Part shown: positions 38,766-51,735 of the stretch, piece by piece
Numbering within the stretch: position 1 is the first letter of the stretch
How the letters are laid out: every line of letters starts with the position of its first letter
The notes under the pieces: generated by a model
Seen by the model: the letters and a program-made list of their open reading frames with translations, nothing else
What the model was told of the DNA's origin: nothing
Databases searched by the model: none
Origin: Paragordius varius
Lineage: Eukaryota; Animalia; Nematomorpha
DNA: 64,000 nucleotides
Assembly: GCA_964247055.1 (NCBI GenBank)
Contig: OZ176052.1
Span: forward strand, 10,664,001 to 10,728,000
Direction of reading: 5' to 3'
Translations under genes and position numbers: made by a program

Positions 38766-41700
38766 TTAGCCTTCATATTCAGCCGTAAAATAGTTACAAA
38801 AAAATGGTTCACCCAAATTGTACCGCTCCGCAAAATTTGTTACATTGAATTTTGCTCTTTCATCTCTATATCTGTTATAAAAAAAAGTTAAATTAATTTA
38901 ATTATTTGAATGAGTATTGATTTATTTTATAATCGAAAAAAGTTAATATTATCAGGATATATACTGGCATATTGCAAGAAAATGCATTGCCCTCCAATAC
39001 CACTTTAAATTAATTATAAGTTGCTAATTTTTACCACTTTTATAACTGCAGCCATGCTAACTATATTACAATCATTAAATACTTTTTATTTTCATTAAAA
39101 CATCACTAACAATAAAACCGATTGATTATATAATTAACCATAAATATTTATATTTTTGTGACTAATCACCGTTGATAACTGCACTCATAATCGGTCAGAT
39201 AGTTATTATTAATTAAATTTGTTGATAGATTTAATTCAACTTTTAAATAAATATTTCATAGGTTTTTATTGCGTACTAAAAATTATTGCTAAAGTATTGA
39301 TATAAAATAAATATTTTTAAATAGTGATCACCAAATCTTTTTTAATATCTAAATTTATAATTCATTTTTGCATAGCGCATTACGTGGTGTATATTTTTGT
39401 CTGTATATAAAATCAATGGTCGATAAAATGCGTTAAATCTTTAGTTTTGTTTAAGACTTTTTACCGCTTTTATAGGGATCGATTTAATTGTCTCGTTTAG
39501 TTATGCATTTGATAAGCACATTATTAAGTTAAAAACTTAAAATTATTTTTGAAAAATCCATGACAATATAATTAATATTGATACAAGACCGATTTTTATT
39601 TTTAAATTAGAATACATAATTTTGACAAAACATCTTAATAACCATTTTCTATATTACTTTGCTTTAACTTTAAATAATGTGTAATTAATTTTCTTAGACT
39701 TAAATATATAATAATTACTCTAATCTAATGGTGGTGGCATTCAGTTTTTCCACTTGTGCATAAACAAAGAAGATGTATCTATGGACACCTAAAATCAAAT
39801 AATTTATATATACCATTCAAAAGTAATGGTTACGCAACATTTCACCCTAACGTAACATTTTAATATAAAGAGATTTCTTTAAAACAATTTCTTTAAGTAT
39901 TTATTTAATTTTCATTAGTTTATTTTTAGCCTTTAATAAATAATTATATATGAGGTTAAAATGCTGCTAATAGTATCATAAAAATGATAAGATTCAATAA
40001 ATATTTTAGGTTAAAAAATGATAAAATAGATAAATATATGGTAATGTTATTGTCCGCAAATAACCTCAAATGTTTGAAGATCAACTTTGAACTATATTTT
40101 AATTTAAATATAAATTTAATACGCAAAATTATGAAAGTCAACATTTTTTAAACAAACGTTAATTTAAAAATATAAATCAAAACAAAAATGCCTGAATAAA
40201 TTATATATATTTATATCAAAAATGTCGAATTTAGTTTATTATTGGTATTAAAAAAATGATTTATGGTTATACAATCACCATATTGTTCATCATTCTATTG
40301 AAGTACTGATCTGATTGCAATCCTCTGATGTGATTGTCTTAACACCTTCTTCTAAGAGTTCACTTATTTGTTGAATTTTATTTGGGTTTTAATTTTTCAA
40401 AATTCTACAGGATTGAGCATATATGAGTAAGGCGACAAAAAGTGATTGCCATTCTCAAAACTATATGCAATATCCTTTATTACTTCTTTCTTGTGTACAG
40501 TGGCATTATTCATCAAAAATGACATTGACATAATTGGTGTCCTTCCAATATTCACACATACCAATTCATTAAAAACTTTTGCATTCACATTCCCCAATCT
40601 ATTAAAAATAACTCTAGAATTATCAACTCATAGTTAATATCAATTTTTTAATAGATTTTTATTTCATACTAAAAACATTTCAATAACGATATTTCACATT
40701 TTGATGCATGGCTAAATAATTATCTCCTAAGATCACATGCAAAATCGAAGTGTAGACCCAGGGCAAACGTTCTTCTTGAATTCAGTATTTAATGAATATT
40801 TTATTGTACATGGGAGTAAAAGAAGTAAATATTAAAATTTGTTCATGGATAATGAGACAATACATAAAAGTTTTGGATGATGTAGTTATCTTTGAGTATA
40901 GCACGCTAACTATCTCTTGCTATACTCATACATGCTATATCCTATAGAGTTTCTTTGTCCGTCAACGTTTATTTAATCCAAATAATAATCATCAAATAAG
41001 TGATCTTTTAGGGGAAAAGCTATTAAATCAATTTTACCCAAGGATTGTAATCGATATTTAAATAAAATGGTGAACAATATGGTTATCGCTGCAGCAGGCG
41101 TGCCTTATATCCATAAATAATATTGGTAAATACGCACAGTAAAACAAATTCGCCATATTACATATAATTATTTTCAAGCATTTCTCATTTAATCAGCTTT
41201 ATATTATCAATAATTTTTAGATTTCTATCAATTAGCTTTGAATGGTAATTATAAATGTGTTTGAATAATAATTCAGATGACGTTATAATGTTTCTTAGTG
41301 GAACATGGATTTAATAAATTCAAATTTTTTTCCGAAATTGACTGAAAGTATAATGTTCATAAATGAAAATATATATCTTAAAAAAAGATTGTTTGGATTT
41401 AAAATGTTGCGTTTGATTAAAAAGGTGCTGCTTTTAAATCAAACATGATATAATAAGACGAAAGGAAATAATTATAAACCCCATTGCAAATTTATTTATA
41501 AATATTTATATTTCAAATATTTACAGTACTTTATCAATAAGTAATAATTAGTTTTGTTGTTTGCACCATAGTGTAAAACTTATTAACTCAACCTACTCCA
41601 TAACACATATATTTTATAAACAATCCTAAATTATTTTAAAAGTTTGAGATTTGGATCGCCTTTTATATTGTTCTGTACTTAATCTGTTTTGATTTTGCGG

Positions 41701-41865
41701 AAAAGGGTAATTATATATATATATTACCCGTGTTTTGGGGTGGACCAGCACCTTTATAAACTGTTATAGCATCTCCGAGTTTAACAAAATTTTCTGGGAT
41801 GTTTACAACCAACCAATGTCGCCAATCTCGGTTTGTTCTGTTCTGAGAACTGGGTGCATCAGCCT
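38766..41865 (-). CDS. Phosphatidylethanolamine-binding protein (PEBP/RKIP/OV-16 family), last three exons; 5' exons unresolved
   Basis: Exons 41865-41728, 39788-39719, 38871-38766 join in phase: EADAPSSQNRTNRDWRHWLVVNIP..YKGAGPPQNTGVHRYIFFVYAQ..RAKFNVTNFAERYNLGEP..NYFTAEYEG*. Confidence 0.9.
40280..40600 (-). pseudogene. Decayed Tc1/IS630-like DDE transposase fragment in a PEBP intron
   Basis: GNVNAKVF..FLMNNATVHK..FLSPYSYMLNPVEF resembles the DDE_3 motifs (MDNA.IH; LPPYSP.LNPIE); broken frame. Boundaries approximate. Confidence 0.6.
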
Positions 41866-41897
41866 CTAAATGTGGATTTAAATTATTAATTATCATA

Positions 41898-43389
41898 TAC
41901 CATTTACACTTCAAGAGTGTCCTTGAACAATTCAAGTTGGTCCTTGAACAATTCAAGTTGGTCCTTGAACAATTCAAGTTGGTCCTTGAACAGTTCAAGT
42001 TGGTCCTTGAACAATTCAAGTTGGTCCTTGAACAATTCAAGTTGGTCCTTTAACTTTTTTGCTTTGTTTTTAACTTTTATCAATCAAATCGAAAATATAC
42101 CATTTACACTTCAAGAGTGTCCTTGAACAATTCAAGTTGGTCCTTGAACAGTTCAAGTTGGTCCTTGAACAATTCAAGTTGGTCCTTGAACAATTCAAGT
42201 TGGTCCTTGAACAATTCAAGTTGGTCCTTGAACAATTCAAGTTGGTCCTTTGACTTTTTTGTTTTGTTTTTAAATTTTATCAATCAAATTGTAAATAATT
42301 CATCTATTTTATTGTTTTTAACCTATTTTCTATTATTTAACATAAAATTTAAATCGATATCAACTTTTAATCTTTGAGAAACACTATATCTATTCATTTC
42401 TTAAAACAATTTTGGATATTTATAGGTTTTAACACGAAATGAAAAAATATATAAGTTTTCTGGGTTATTAATTAAATTTTTTCATTAAAAACATTTAAAA
42501 GTCAATAATTTTGTTCAATTGAAAAAAAAATAATTTGAAACAAAAAAGTGGTTTTTCAATAAAAATTTTTATTTTTAAATGAATAAATATATAATAAATA
42601 ATGAAAATTAGGTTAATAAATAATAAAATAAAAGAATAAATGCAAAAATTATGGTTAAATCAAAATTTATAAATTTTAAGGACCAACTTGAAATGTTTAA
42701 GGACCAACTTGAACTGTTCAAGGACCAACTTGAATTGTTCAAGGACCAACTTGAACTGTTCAAGGACCAACTTGAATTGTTCAAGGACCAACTTGAATTG
42801 TTCAAGGACCAACTTGAATTGTTCAAGGACACTCTTGAAGTGTAAATGGTATAATTCGTCTATTTTATTGTTTTTAACCTATTTTCGATTATTTAACATA
42901 AATTTTAAATCGATATCAACTTTTAATCTTTGAAAAACCGTATATCTTTATTAATTTCTTAAAATAAATTTGGATATTTATAAGATTTTAACATGAAATG
43001 AAAAAATATATAAGTTTTCTGCGTTATTAATTAAAATTTTTTATTAAAAACATTTAAAAGTCAATAATTTTGTTCAATTGAAAAAAAATAGTTTTAAACA
43101 AAAAAAGTAGTTTTTCAATAAAAAAATTTATTTTTAAATGAATAAGTATATAATAAATAAAGAAAATTAGGTTAATAAATAATTAAATAAAAAAATAAAT
43201 GCAAAAATTATGGTTAAATCAAAATTAATAAATTTTAAGGACCAACTTGAACTGTTCAAGGACCAACTTGAACTGTTCAAGGACCAACTTGAATTGTTCA
43301 AGGACCAACTTGAATTGTTCAAGGACCAACTTGAATTGTTCAAGGACCAACTTGAATTGTTCAAGGACACTCTTGAAGTGTAAATGGTA
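41898..43389. mobile_element. Composite foldback-like family A element with four arrays of a 21-bp repeat
   Basis: TA-taccatttacac TIRs. Arrays of gtccttgaacaattcaagttg: 6 + 6 copies forward, 7 + 6 copies inverted. Internal segment 42297-42675 is duplicated at 42853-43236. Confidence 0.9.
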
Positions 43390-43790
43390 TATCAAGATAC
43401 AGACCATGACTCAAGTATTTATAGCTCATGATTACTATCATCGTGAGACAAAAAGGCCCTTTTATGTGTATTTTATTCAATATCAGATATAGAAAATACG
43501 GTTAAAATATTCAAAATAATATGTAATTTTACGTTCATTGAAATTAACCAAAATAACATTTTATAGCAAGTACGTACATGTTGTTAAAGCATGGCTTAAA
43601 ATTATATTAAAGAATTTTTTTCCATAATTTTGCTAATTATACATTTCAATTGGTATTACCCTGTTGGCTTTGGGATTTTTAAATATAAGCTAAAATATTT
43701 TTTAATAAGTAAATTTAGCAAACCTAAAAATACTATTTTTTTGAAATTGACTTGGTGTTAGTTTGTTTGTTACCAAAATATATATATATA

Positions 43791-44107
43791 TACCATTTAC
43801 GGTTCAAATTCACCCTTAAACAATTCAAATTCATCCTAAAATAAATTATGTTTTTAAGATAAAAAGTTAACTATAATTTTTATACTTCTAAAATAAAATT
43901 TCATATGTTAATATAATACAGAAAAAATAAAACCATGCCATGAGAATATATTTATTATTAATAATAAGTTATATTATCCCGAAAACACATAATTTATTTT
44001 AGGGTGAATTTGAATTTTTCGAGGGTTAAATTGACATGTTCAAGGGTGAATTTGACTTGTTCAAGAATGAGTTTGGATTGTTGGGGTGAATTGAATTGTA
44101 AATGTTA
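43791..44107. mobile_element. Family A TIR element
   Basis: taccatttac ... gaattgtaaatgtta with caattcaaattcaccc subterminal repeats, inserted in a (TA)n run. Confidence 0.8.
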
Positions 44108-44182
44108 TAGTATAAGAGTTAATAAAATTGATAGTTAAATCTATAATTCGCTGTTTGATGCATATTTTTATAGCTTTTACAT

Positions 44183-44429
44183 CAGGGGTGTTCAACACGG
44201 GCTGGGGCCAAATTTAAAAATATATTAGATTTTAAAAATGAGAAAAAAACTCCAAAGACAATACTAATAATTATTCACCAATTTTTGCTAGTTCATTGGC
44301 AAAATTTGAAAAGACTAAATAAAAAATTTGTTGAAATATTGATTTTATTAGTATTTTGATTTTCACAAATTTATTAATTTCAGTGTATTGGTATTTTTCA
44401 AATCTGAAGCTGTGTGTCGGGCACCCCTG
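44183..44429. mobile_element. hAT-type MITE
   Basis: caggggtgttcaac / gggcacccctg TIRs, as in the 10547 copy; no intact TSD. Confidence 0.65.
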
Positions 44430-44788
44430 TAAACACTATTTTTATTTTATCAGCCCTTCATTAATTTACCCGAAATTAGTTTCCTTAAAGGTATATTAAT
44501 CAAAAAATATGAGGCATGAATAGTTAAGTTCTTTAATTTACAATATAATTGTAACATTATTTTGAAAAATAAAAAAACTGTATATTTATATATTTATGAA
44601 ATTAGAATTTATTATAAGCGAATAAATTTTCATTGTTTTTGTTGATACAAAAGTAAATATTGGACTCGATAGTATTTCAAAACTAATGAATTTTGTTACT
44701 GTATTGAGATTTAAATTGTAATATGACTTATATTTGTAATATATCACTGAATTACCTTTGAACAATTTAAATTAAAAAATATAGGTAA

Positions 44789-46460
44789 CTAGCGTAAATC
44801 TCGTGCTGCTAGGCAGCCCGAGGAAGTCCTTTGGACTTCTGAGGGGGGGGGGTTATATTTGAAAAAGCGACAATAAAATGATTTAAATATGTGGATTATT
44901 TCGAAACATTATTTAATATGATCTCATATGAATTTTAAAACGGTGCATTCATACTAATATATTGTTTATTGGGGGAAAAATAGATTTAAAAAATTATTTT
45001 TGTGGACTTTGTTATTTGAAAAAAATGGCATATTACGGGGGGAGCTGCTAAAAAGAGGGCCTAAATTAAAAAAGCGAGCAGACTATGTTCGGCGCAATCG
45101 AAAATAAGTAAACAAAAATCATATTTGAAATTGAATGGTTCAACACGTTCTCCGGGAAAATTATCTCAAAGACACGATTTTTGTGGATTTCTGTTTTCAA
45201 AAAAACCGATTTTACACGGGATGGGCCCGAACTGGGGGCCTAATTCAAAAAAGGGCGAAGCTATTGTCGGGGCATTCATTAATAAATATTCCAACGAGAC
45301 ACTCAAATGATCAATCAGACTTTATTGATTTTAAACATAAAATCGTATTAGTTTATTGTTTATTTATCTATTATATATATAGGATATTAAAAAGTATATG
45401 GATAATAAAACATTATTTATGGTCATCTATATATTTATAAAAATGGAAAATGCTGCTTTGTGATCTGTTTCCAAACCGGTAAACCTATTCAAATCCAAAT
45501 ATCGAAGACAATTTTATTTGAAATGAGCATAATATATTTTTGATTTTATAAGCAATTTTGTTATGCGGCACGAAGTTTTAAAATGATTCACATAGTCTCA
45601 TAATTTTTCTGAAATTTGGCACCAAAGGTATGCTGTATCGATATAATGGCGCAGTTATAGGCGGGTAGCCCCCTCAGAGGCCAATATAAAAATGTAGTTA
45701 GATAAAAAAATTTGCCTTTATACCTGGAATCCTCGTTCATTCCTAATAGTTTATGGAAGAATGGCTTCAAAACTAAATAATAGTTCAATGATAGCGCATT
45801 TTTTAGGGAGTAAAGGGTCAACGGCTAATTCAAAAAATCCGTTCGACTTATTTTGCTTTTAACGGTTATTACTTTAAGCAGCTATTGAACTTATATGGCC
45901 TCATAGGTTTTCTGAAATTTAGCCCCAAAAGCACGCTATTTCGATATGACAGGTCAGTTTTAGCGTGTATTCCCTTACTCAGCAGCTATCATTAAAGAAA
46001 CGCTTGGCTAAATTTTTTGCCTTTTACCAGGGAAAACCTGGAATTCTTATTGAATTTTAACGGTCTCATACGGGCGAAAAATAGATTCAAAAAATTATTT
46101 GAAAAAAATGGCATTTTACGGAGGGAGCGGGTAAAAAGACGGGCTAAATTAAAAAAGCGAGCCGACAATGTTCGGCGCAATCGAAAATAAGTAAACAAAA
46201 ATCATATTTGAAATTGAATGGTCCAACACGTTCTCGGGAAAATTGTCTCAAAGACACGGTTTGTGGACTTCTGTTTTCGAAAAAACCGTTTTTTACACGG
46301 GGTGGGCCCGAACTGGGGGCCTATTTCAAAAAAAGGGCGAAGCTATTGTCGGGGCATTCATTAATGATATATTTTTTCGATATTTTGATTTGAATGAGTT
46401 TACCGGTTTTCCGAAAACAGATCACAAAGCCAGCATTTTCCATTTTTATAAATATATAGA
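44789..46460 (-). mobile_element. Rearranged cluster of Helitron family B copies
   Basis: Hairpin plus CTAG|T 3' end at 44789 (minus strand); TC 5' ends at 46460 (minus) and 45426 (plus, short inverted piece); internal matches to 23443-24453. Confidence 0.8.
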
Positions 46461-47828
46461 TTTATTTTCTAAAAACGTAATTTTTTTTACGGCGAACTTA
46501 TATTGTTAAAGGGTGAATATGAGGTAATGGTATTTAAAGTTAAATCGGTAGTTTTTTAAAACTTTTAGATGTTTAAATACCCGTCATAAGAAGCGTAAAA
46601 AGCGGTTCATCGGAAAATGTCCAATATCTCCAGGATACATAAGGTTCATCAACACTCTATTATTAAAACTACGGTTAAAAGATTATTATAACTCCTTTAA
46701 TCTTAATATTCCATTAAATAAAAACATTCGTAAACCTGATAAGTGTGAAGTTTGGACCCATTTTCGATGTCAAAATCTACGTTTCTATAGGCAATCTATA
46801 TTAAAAACATCAATTTAATTCATTTGCATACACATATTACCTTATCACCTTTTTGTCCCAGTTTACATATTAGGGTATTTTTATATCCAGAACTCAATTT
46901 CGTAAAACTACAGTTTTGGAAGTTATTCTATATAAAATTTAATTACAACGTTCTCATGCATTGGATAAAAGAGCTTTTCCGATTTTGTAATTCTAGAGTT
47001 AAAATTGGGACAGTTCCAAAACACGATTGAAACGAACAGCTGATATTAACATATTATATCAAGTTTTTTTGGTAAAATGTAACCTAAAAGCTTTTTAAAA
47101 TTAATAATTGACTTTTTAACCATAATATACATTTATTTGCCTGTTGCATTAGTGATTTAAAAAATAAAATGGCGGCAAAAAGTTTGAGTTGAGGATTCTT
47201 TTACAATTATAAATTTTTTTAAAAAATTTTTTGTATAATGCGCCTAAATCATTAAAGAAAGCATTTATAAATTTGGCTCAATACCTCAAATGCTTTTTAA
47301 CATATTTATATTTAAAATCGCTCTGGGATATATAACTACTCCAAAAGATAATGGACTGTTAATAACAAAAAAATATATCCATACAAATTTAGATGTAAAC
47401 TTTGACACCTAAAACTAGCCATAATACAACTGTTTAGTTTTGGATTGATAAAAAATATCTTATAACATGTTATGAATGCATTCATAGTTATAATTTGAAT
47501 ATCACAAATGTAATATAAATTATGTTCTACAAGCTTTAAATGTTTTAGAATTAAAAAATATTTATCTAATATTTAATGCCTATTTTTTTATCATTAATTA
47601 TTGGTTTAAGTAACACACCTCTTAATTTCATCATTATTTAAATAGTAATTTTTTAGTAATTATTTTTATGTATGGCAAAGTTTGAACCCTAAAAAGGCAT
47701 GATAGTTGGGCAGACGAGTGTTTAAGCTTTCACAAAAAGGAAATTAAGCCATAATAATAGTAAACAAGCTATACTGGATATGGATTGATTATTCATAAAG
47801 AGGAAATAACAGTAACTATTTAACTAAC

Positions 47829-47969
47829 CTCGATAATTTCTTTACAACAATTACGACAGGTATATGCGTCTTCAAGACCGTTAAAATACTGGCAAACATA
47901 CATAGGCATGAAAGCAATCGATATCCAATAGCTCATTGCTGCCAAACAAAGACGGTACCATGCAAACAT
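47829..47969 (-). CDS. Candidate first exon with a hydrophobic N-terminus (possibly the PEBP 5' exon)
   Basis: ATG 47969, 47 open codons MFAWYRLCLAAMSYWISIAFMPMYVCQYFNGLEDAYTCRNCCKEIIE, donor gttagt. The link to PEBP is not demonstrated. Confidence 0.3.
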
Positions 47970-49073
47970 TTTAGAATTGATAAAATTTTACCAAAAAATT
48001 ATTGCAAATGTAAAAAATATTTTATTTTATATTCACTTATAATATAGATTAATTTTTCATGGTCATCATTATTATAAAATGGCTCTACTAATCGAGACAC
48101 ATCAATATAATATATCTTGTATAAATAAGATCAAACAAGATAATTTAATATTTTGTCATTATTATATATTGTGACAATAACGAAGGTTCTAAATACGAAG
48201 GTTAATTACAATGTAACTTATACAGTATCGTATGGCATAAAATAAGTTTGTCTATAATTTAATATAGAAAATTAATGTTAAAACATAGGAAAGAAGTTGT
48301 ATAATTTTAACCATTCGTTGTTAATTATCATACTTTATTGTATAAATTATTGATGCAAATGGCTATATTTGTCTTTTTTTATTTTTTTACATTGATAAAT
48401 AAATAAATTACCGCTCTTTATAATAAAATGTTAATAAGAGTTCTTTGTATTTTTTTTGATTAACGTGATTTTTCAACCATCAAGGAGACACTTTCATTTT
48501 GCCTATATACATCATTGATAGGTGGGTATAAAATTTAATACAAAATTAATTCATTAACTTGTGATTTTGCACTTTATTTAAAATATGACAATTGATTGCC
48601 AAAAATTAAAAATTATATCCAATTATTTTGTAATATGACAAAAAATATTTTTCTGGTGGAGATATAAAATTTATCCTCTTTTTTAAAAAAATATAAAAAA
48701 TAATCTGCTACTTTTTAAGAAATTGATTTTATATAAATATATATTGGATTGAAAAAAAATATTTATAATTGGTAAAACTTTGTATATTTCCGAGGCATAG
48801 TTAAAAATCCAAAGAAAATTGTATTTTTACAAGGATATAATTGCAACTTTAGCAATAGGACTTTAAAATGTAATAGGTTTATAGGGATTAAAATACAACA
48901 TTTTTTATGCTCTAGATCTGATTTATTATTAAAAATATATGCACAATTAATTACTAATTAAATAATTTGTAAAAAAATTAAATATGGCGGTTATGTCATT
49001 CCAAATTATTTATTCATATCATTTTATTTTAAAGAATTCCTCAAGATGCTATTACTGAATCCATATAAATATA

Positions 49074-50940
49074 CTAGCTGGCCCTGTCACGCTTCGGTGT
49101 GGTGTAGTCTCATTGATAATTATTCTTAATAATTTACAATAAATAGAGGTAATGGAAATAAAAAAATAAAAAACATATTTAATAAAAAGAATGTCTTTAA
49201 TTATTCTTTTACGGGTTTTTGGTAGGCTCAAATATTGTTTACTCAAAATTGACCATATTTAAACTGTCGCTTATTAAAGTTATCATTTAACTATCATTGG
49301 ATTTATTTTAAGATTTACGTTTTACGAAATCATGATTAAAAGTTTTATTTTAAAATTGTGTTCACACAGCTGGGATCAAGGGATATAAAAAGTAAATCAT
49401 TTGTGGTTCCTTTTTAAAAGAAAGAATGATATTATACAAATTCCCCAGAAATGTGTTTAACTTAACTCGTATGGCTTCTTAAGTTTTTTGAAAATTAGCT
49501 CCAAAACCACGCCATTTTTGTATGGCGTCTCAGTTTTAAACCGGTAGACTTCTCCCATAGACCTATATGGAAAAAGCGCTGAGTTAAATTTTTTGCCTTT
49601 ATAGGGCAAATATTTGGAATCATCTTTGATACATCGTCTCATGGGTTATTCAAAAAATACCTTAACACTAAATAATCGTATCGTATTTTTAGGGCAAAAA
49701 GGCCCTTAACGGCTAATAAAAAAACGCCCTACTTTATTTTAACTAGTTACGGGTAATATTTCAAGCTTTTAATGAGGTCATATGGCTTCATAAATTTCTG
49801 TAAATTAGCTCCAAAACAACGCAATTTCTATATAGTTGCGCATGCGGGTGGCTTCTTCCCCAGGGGCAGGTATAAAAAAGCGATGGGCAAAATTTTTGCC
49901 TTTATATGGGGAATATTTGGAATTATTATGGATTCATATGTTCCTCTTAGTCCCATAGGTTTTCTGAAATTTGGCTCCAAAGGCATGCTTTATCGATATG
50001 ATGACGCAGTTTTACACGGGTAGCCCCCTAATCAGGAATTTGGGTAATATCTGGAACAATGATTGATTACATATGCTCTCGTGGGATATTAGAAAAATTG
50101 CCTCAAAACCAAAATATCATTCTATGGTGACGCATTTTTAGGGCAAGGGCCTAATTAAGGGGTAATTTAATAAAACCGCTCTACTTAGATATTTGCCTTT
50201 TTACGGGTAATATTTCAAGCCCTTATTGAACTCATATGGCATGATAAGTTTTTTGCCTCTAAAGTCATGCTGTATCGATATGGTGGCGCAGTTGTTGGCG
50301 GGTAGCTCCCAACCAAGAGGCTGATACAAAAAAAGCGCTTGATTAAAATTTTGCCTTTTTACGGAGAATACCTAAAATTTTGATTGATGCCATAGGCTCT
50401 CATTAGTTTTTGGAAAAATTGTCTCAAAACTAAAAAATAATTCTATGGTGGTGCATTTTTCAGGGCGTGAAGGGCCTAATTAACGGCTAATTTTAAAAAA
50501 CTGCGCGACCTATTTTTGCCTTGTTACGGGTAATGTTTCAAACTTTATTTAACTTATATGGCCTGATAGGTTTTCTGAAGTTCAGCCCCAAAAGCACGCT
50601 ATTTCAATATGACGAGGCAGTTTTTAGCGGGTATCTACTTATTCAGAAGCCAATATGAAAAAAACGCATGACTTTTTGCGGGAATATCTGGGATCCCTAT
50701 TGAATATTTACGGTGTCATACCTTGGGCGAAAAATAGATTTAAAAAATTATTTTTGTGGACTTAATTTTTTTAAGAAAAGTGGCATTTTACGGGGGGAGC
50801 GGGTAAAAAGAGGGCTTAAATTAAAAAAGCGAGCCGACTATGTTCGGCACAATCAAAAATAAATAAAAATCATGTTTGAAATCGAATGGTCCAACACGTT
50901 CTCCGGAAAATTGTCTCAAAGGCACGATTTTAGTGGACTT
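49074..50940 (-). mobile_element. Helitron family B copy with tandemly expanded internal subrepeats
   Basis: Several diverged copies of an internal unit of roughly 150 bp between about 49420 and 50700, contiguous with the family B 5' region; a different hairpin+CTAG|T end lies at 49074-49104. Confidence 0.7.
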
Positions 50941-51266
50941 TATAATTAAAAATCCTATATTTTTATCATTTTAATATTAAGAGATTCCCAATATTTACGA
51001 ACAGATAATTAAAAAACCTTCAAATGAATAGAGGAGTTTTTAAAGTTATAAGAAAAGTCATTTATTCAAATTTTATATTTATCAAAAGTTATGTTTATAT
51101 ACCATATATACCGGCAATCAGCTAATATATTTATTAATCTTTAAATTTAAATCTATTGAAAATAATATAACCGTCGATATATATTTATAATTTACATATT
51201 ATTTCATCAAGTCAAAAAAATTATATAAATACATCTTTTTGACTATTCTTCATAACGTATATTTAA

Positions 51267-51735
51267 CACTTCGATATAAATAGGGGTATCTAAATACCCC
51301 AGACAAAATTGAGTTAGGATTTTTAGGAAACTACTAAAGTAAACGGTCCCAATTTAAATTTATGCTTCTATCCTAATAAAATTAATATAAATATGCCAAA
51401 ATATCTAAATAAAATTTTGTTTTGAAAAAAAAGTCCCATGTCAAACTACTTCGACGCCATTTTTATTTTACAAAATTTTTGCAAAATATTGTCTTCATTT
51501 AATTTTAAGGGTAAATTAAAGCTAATATTTTATTTAAATTACATTTAAAATTGATAGAAATAAAAAAAGCGGTTTATTTTGTAATATATTTAATTTTACT
51601 AATGCACGTGCAAGATTTTGCCATGGTTTCGATTCCTTCCATATTTTTTAAAGAATTTAATTTTAAACAGGTCTGGGGTATATAACTACCCCAATTTGAA
51701 TCGAAGGACTAAAATGAATGTGTTGTATCCAAGTG
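51267..51735. mobile_element. piggyBac-like MITE (family D), opposite orientation to the 30355 copy
   Basis: TTAA|cacttcg ... aagtg|TTAA. Confidence 0.82.

Noticed and set aside
41898-43389. CRISPR-like appearance of the 21-bp repeats, and the periodic ORFs (NCSRTNL, SLNNSSW, FKDQLEL, EQFKLVL)
   Set aside because: The units are contiguous with no spacers and there are no cas genes. A 21-bp stop-free unit gives open frames on both strands automatically.
43395-43690. Candidate upstream PEBP exons (HDDSNHEL..VM-like segment)
   Set aside because: They need both a frameshift and a stop to fit LYTLVM, and no phase-consistent splice model was found.
23409-46509. Recurrent short ORFs MKLNGPTRSPEN... 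and MVQHVLRK... as a multigene family
   Set aside because: All lie within Helitron family B copies, differ by frameshifts, and show no Rep or helicase motifs.
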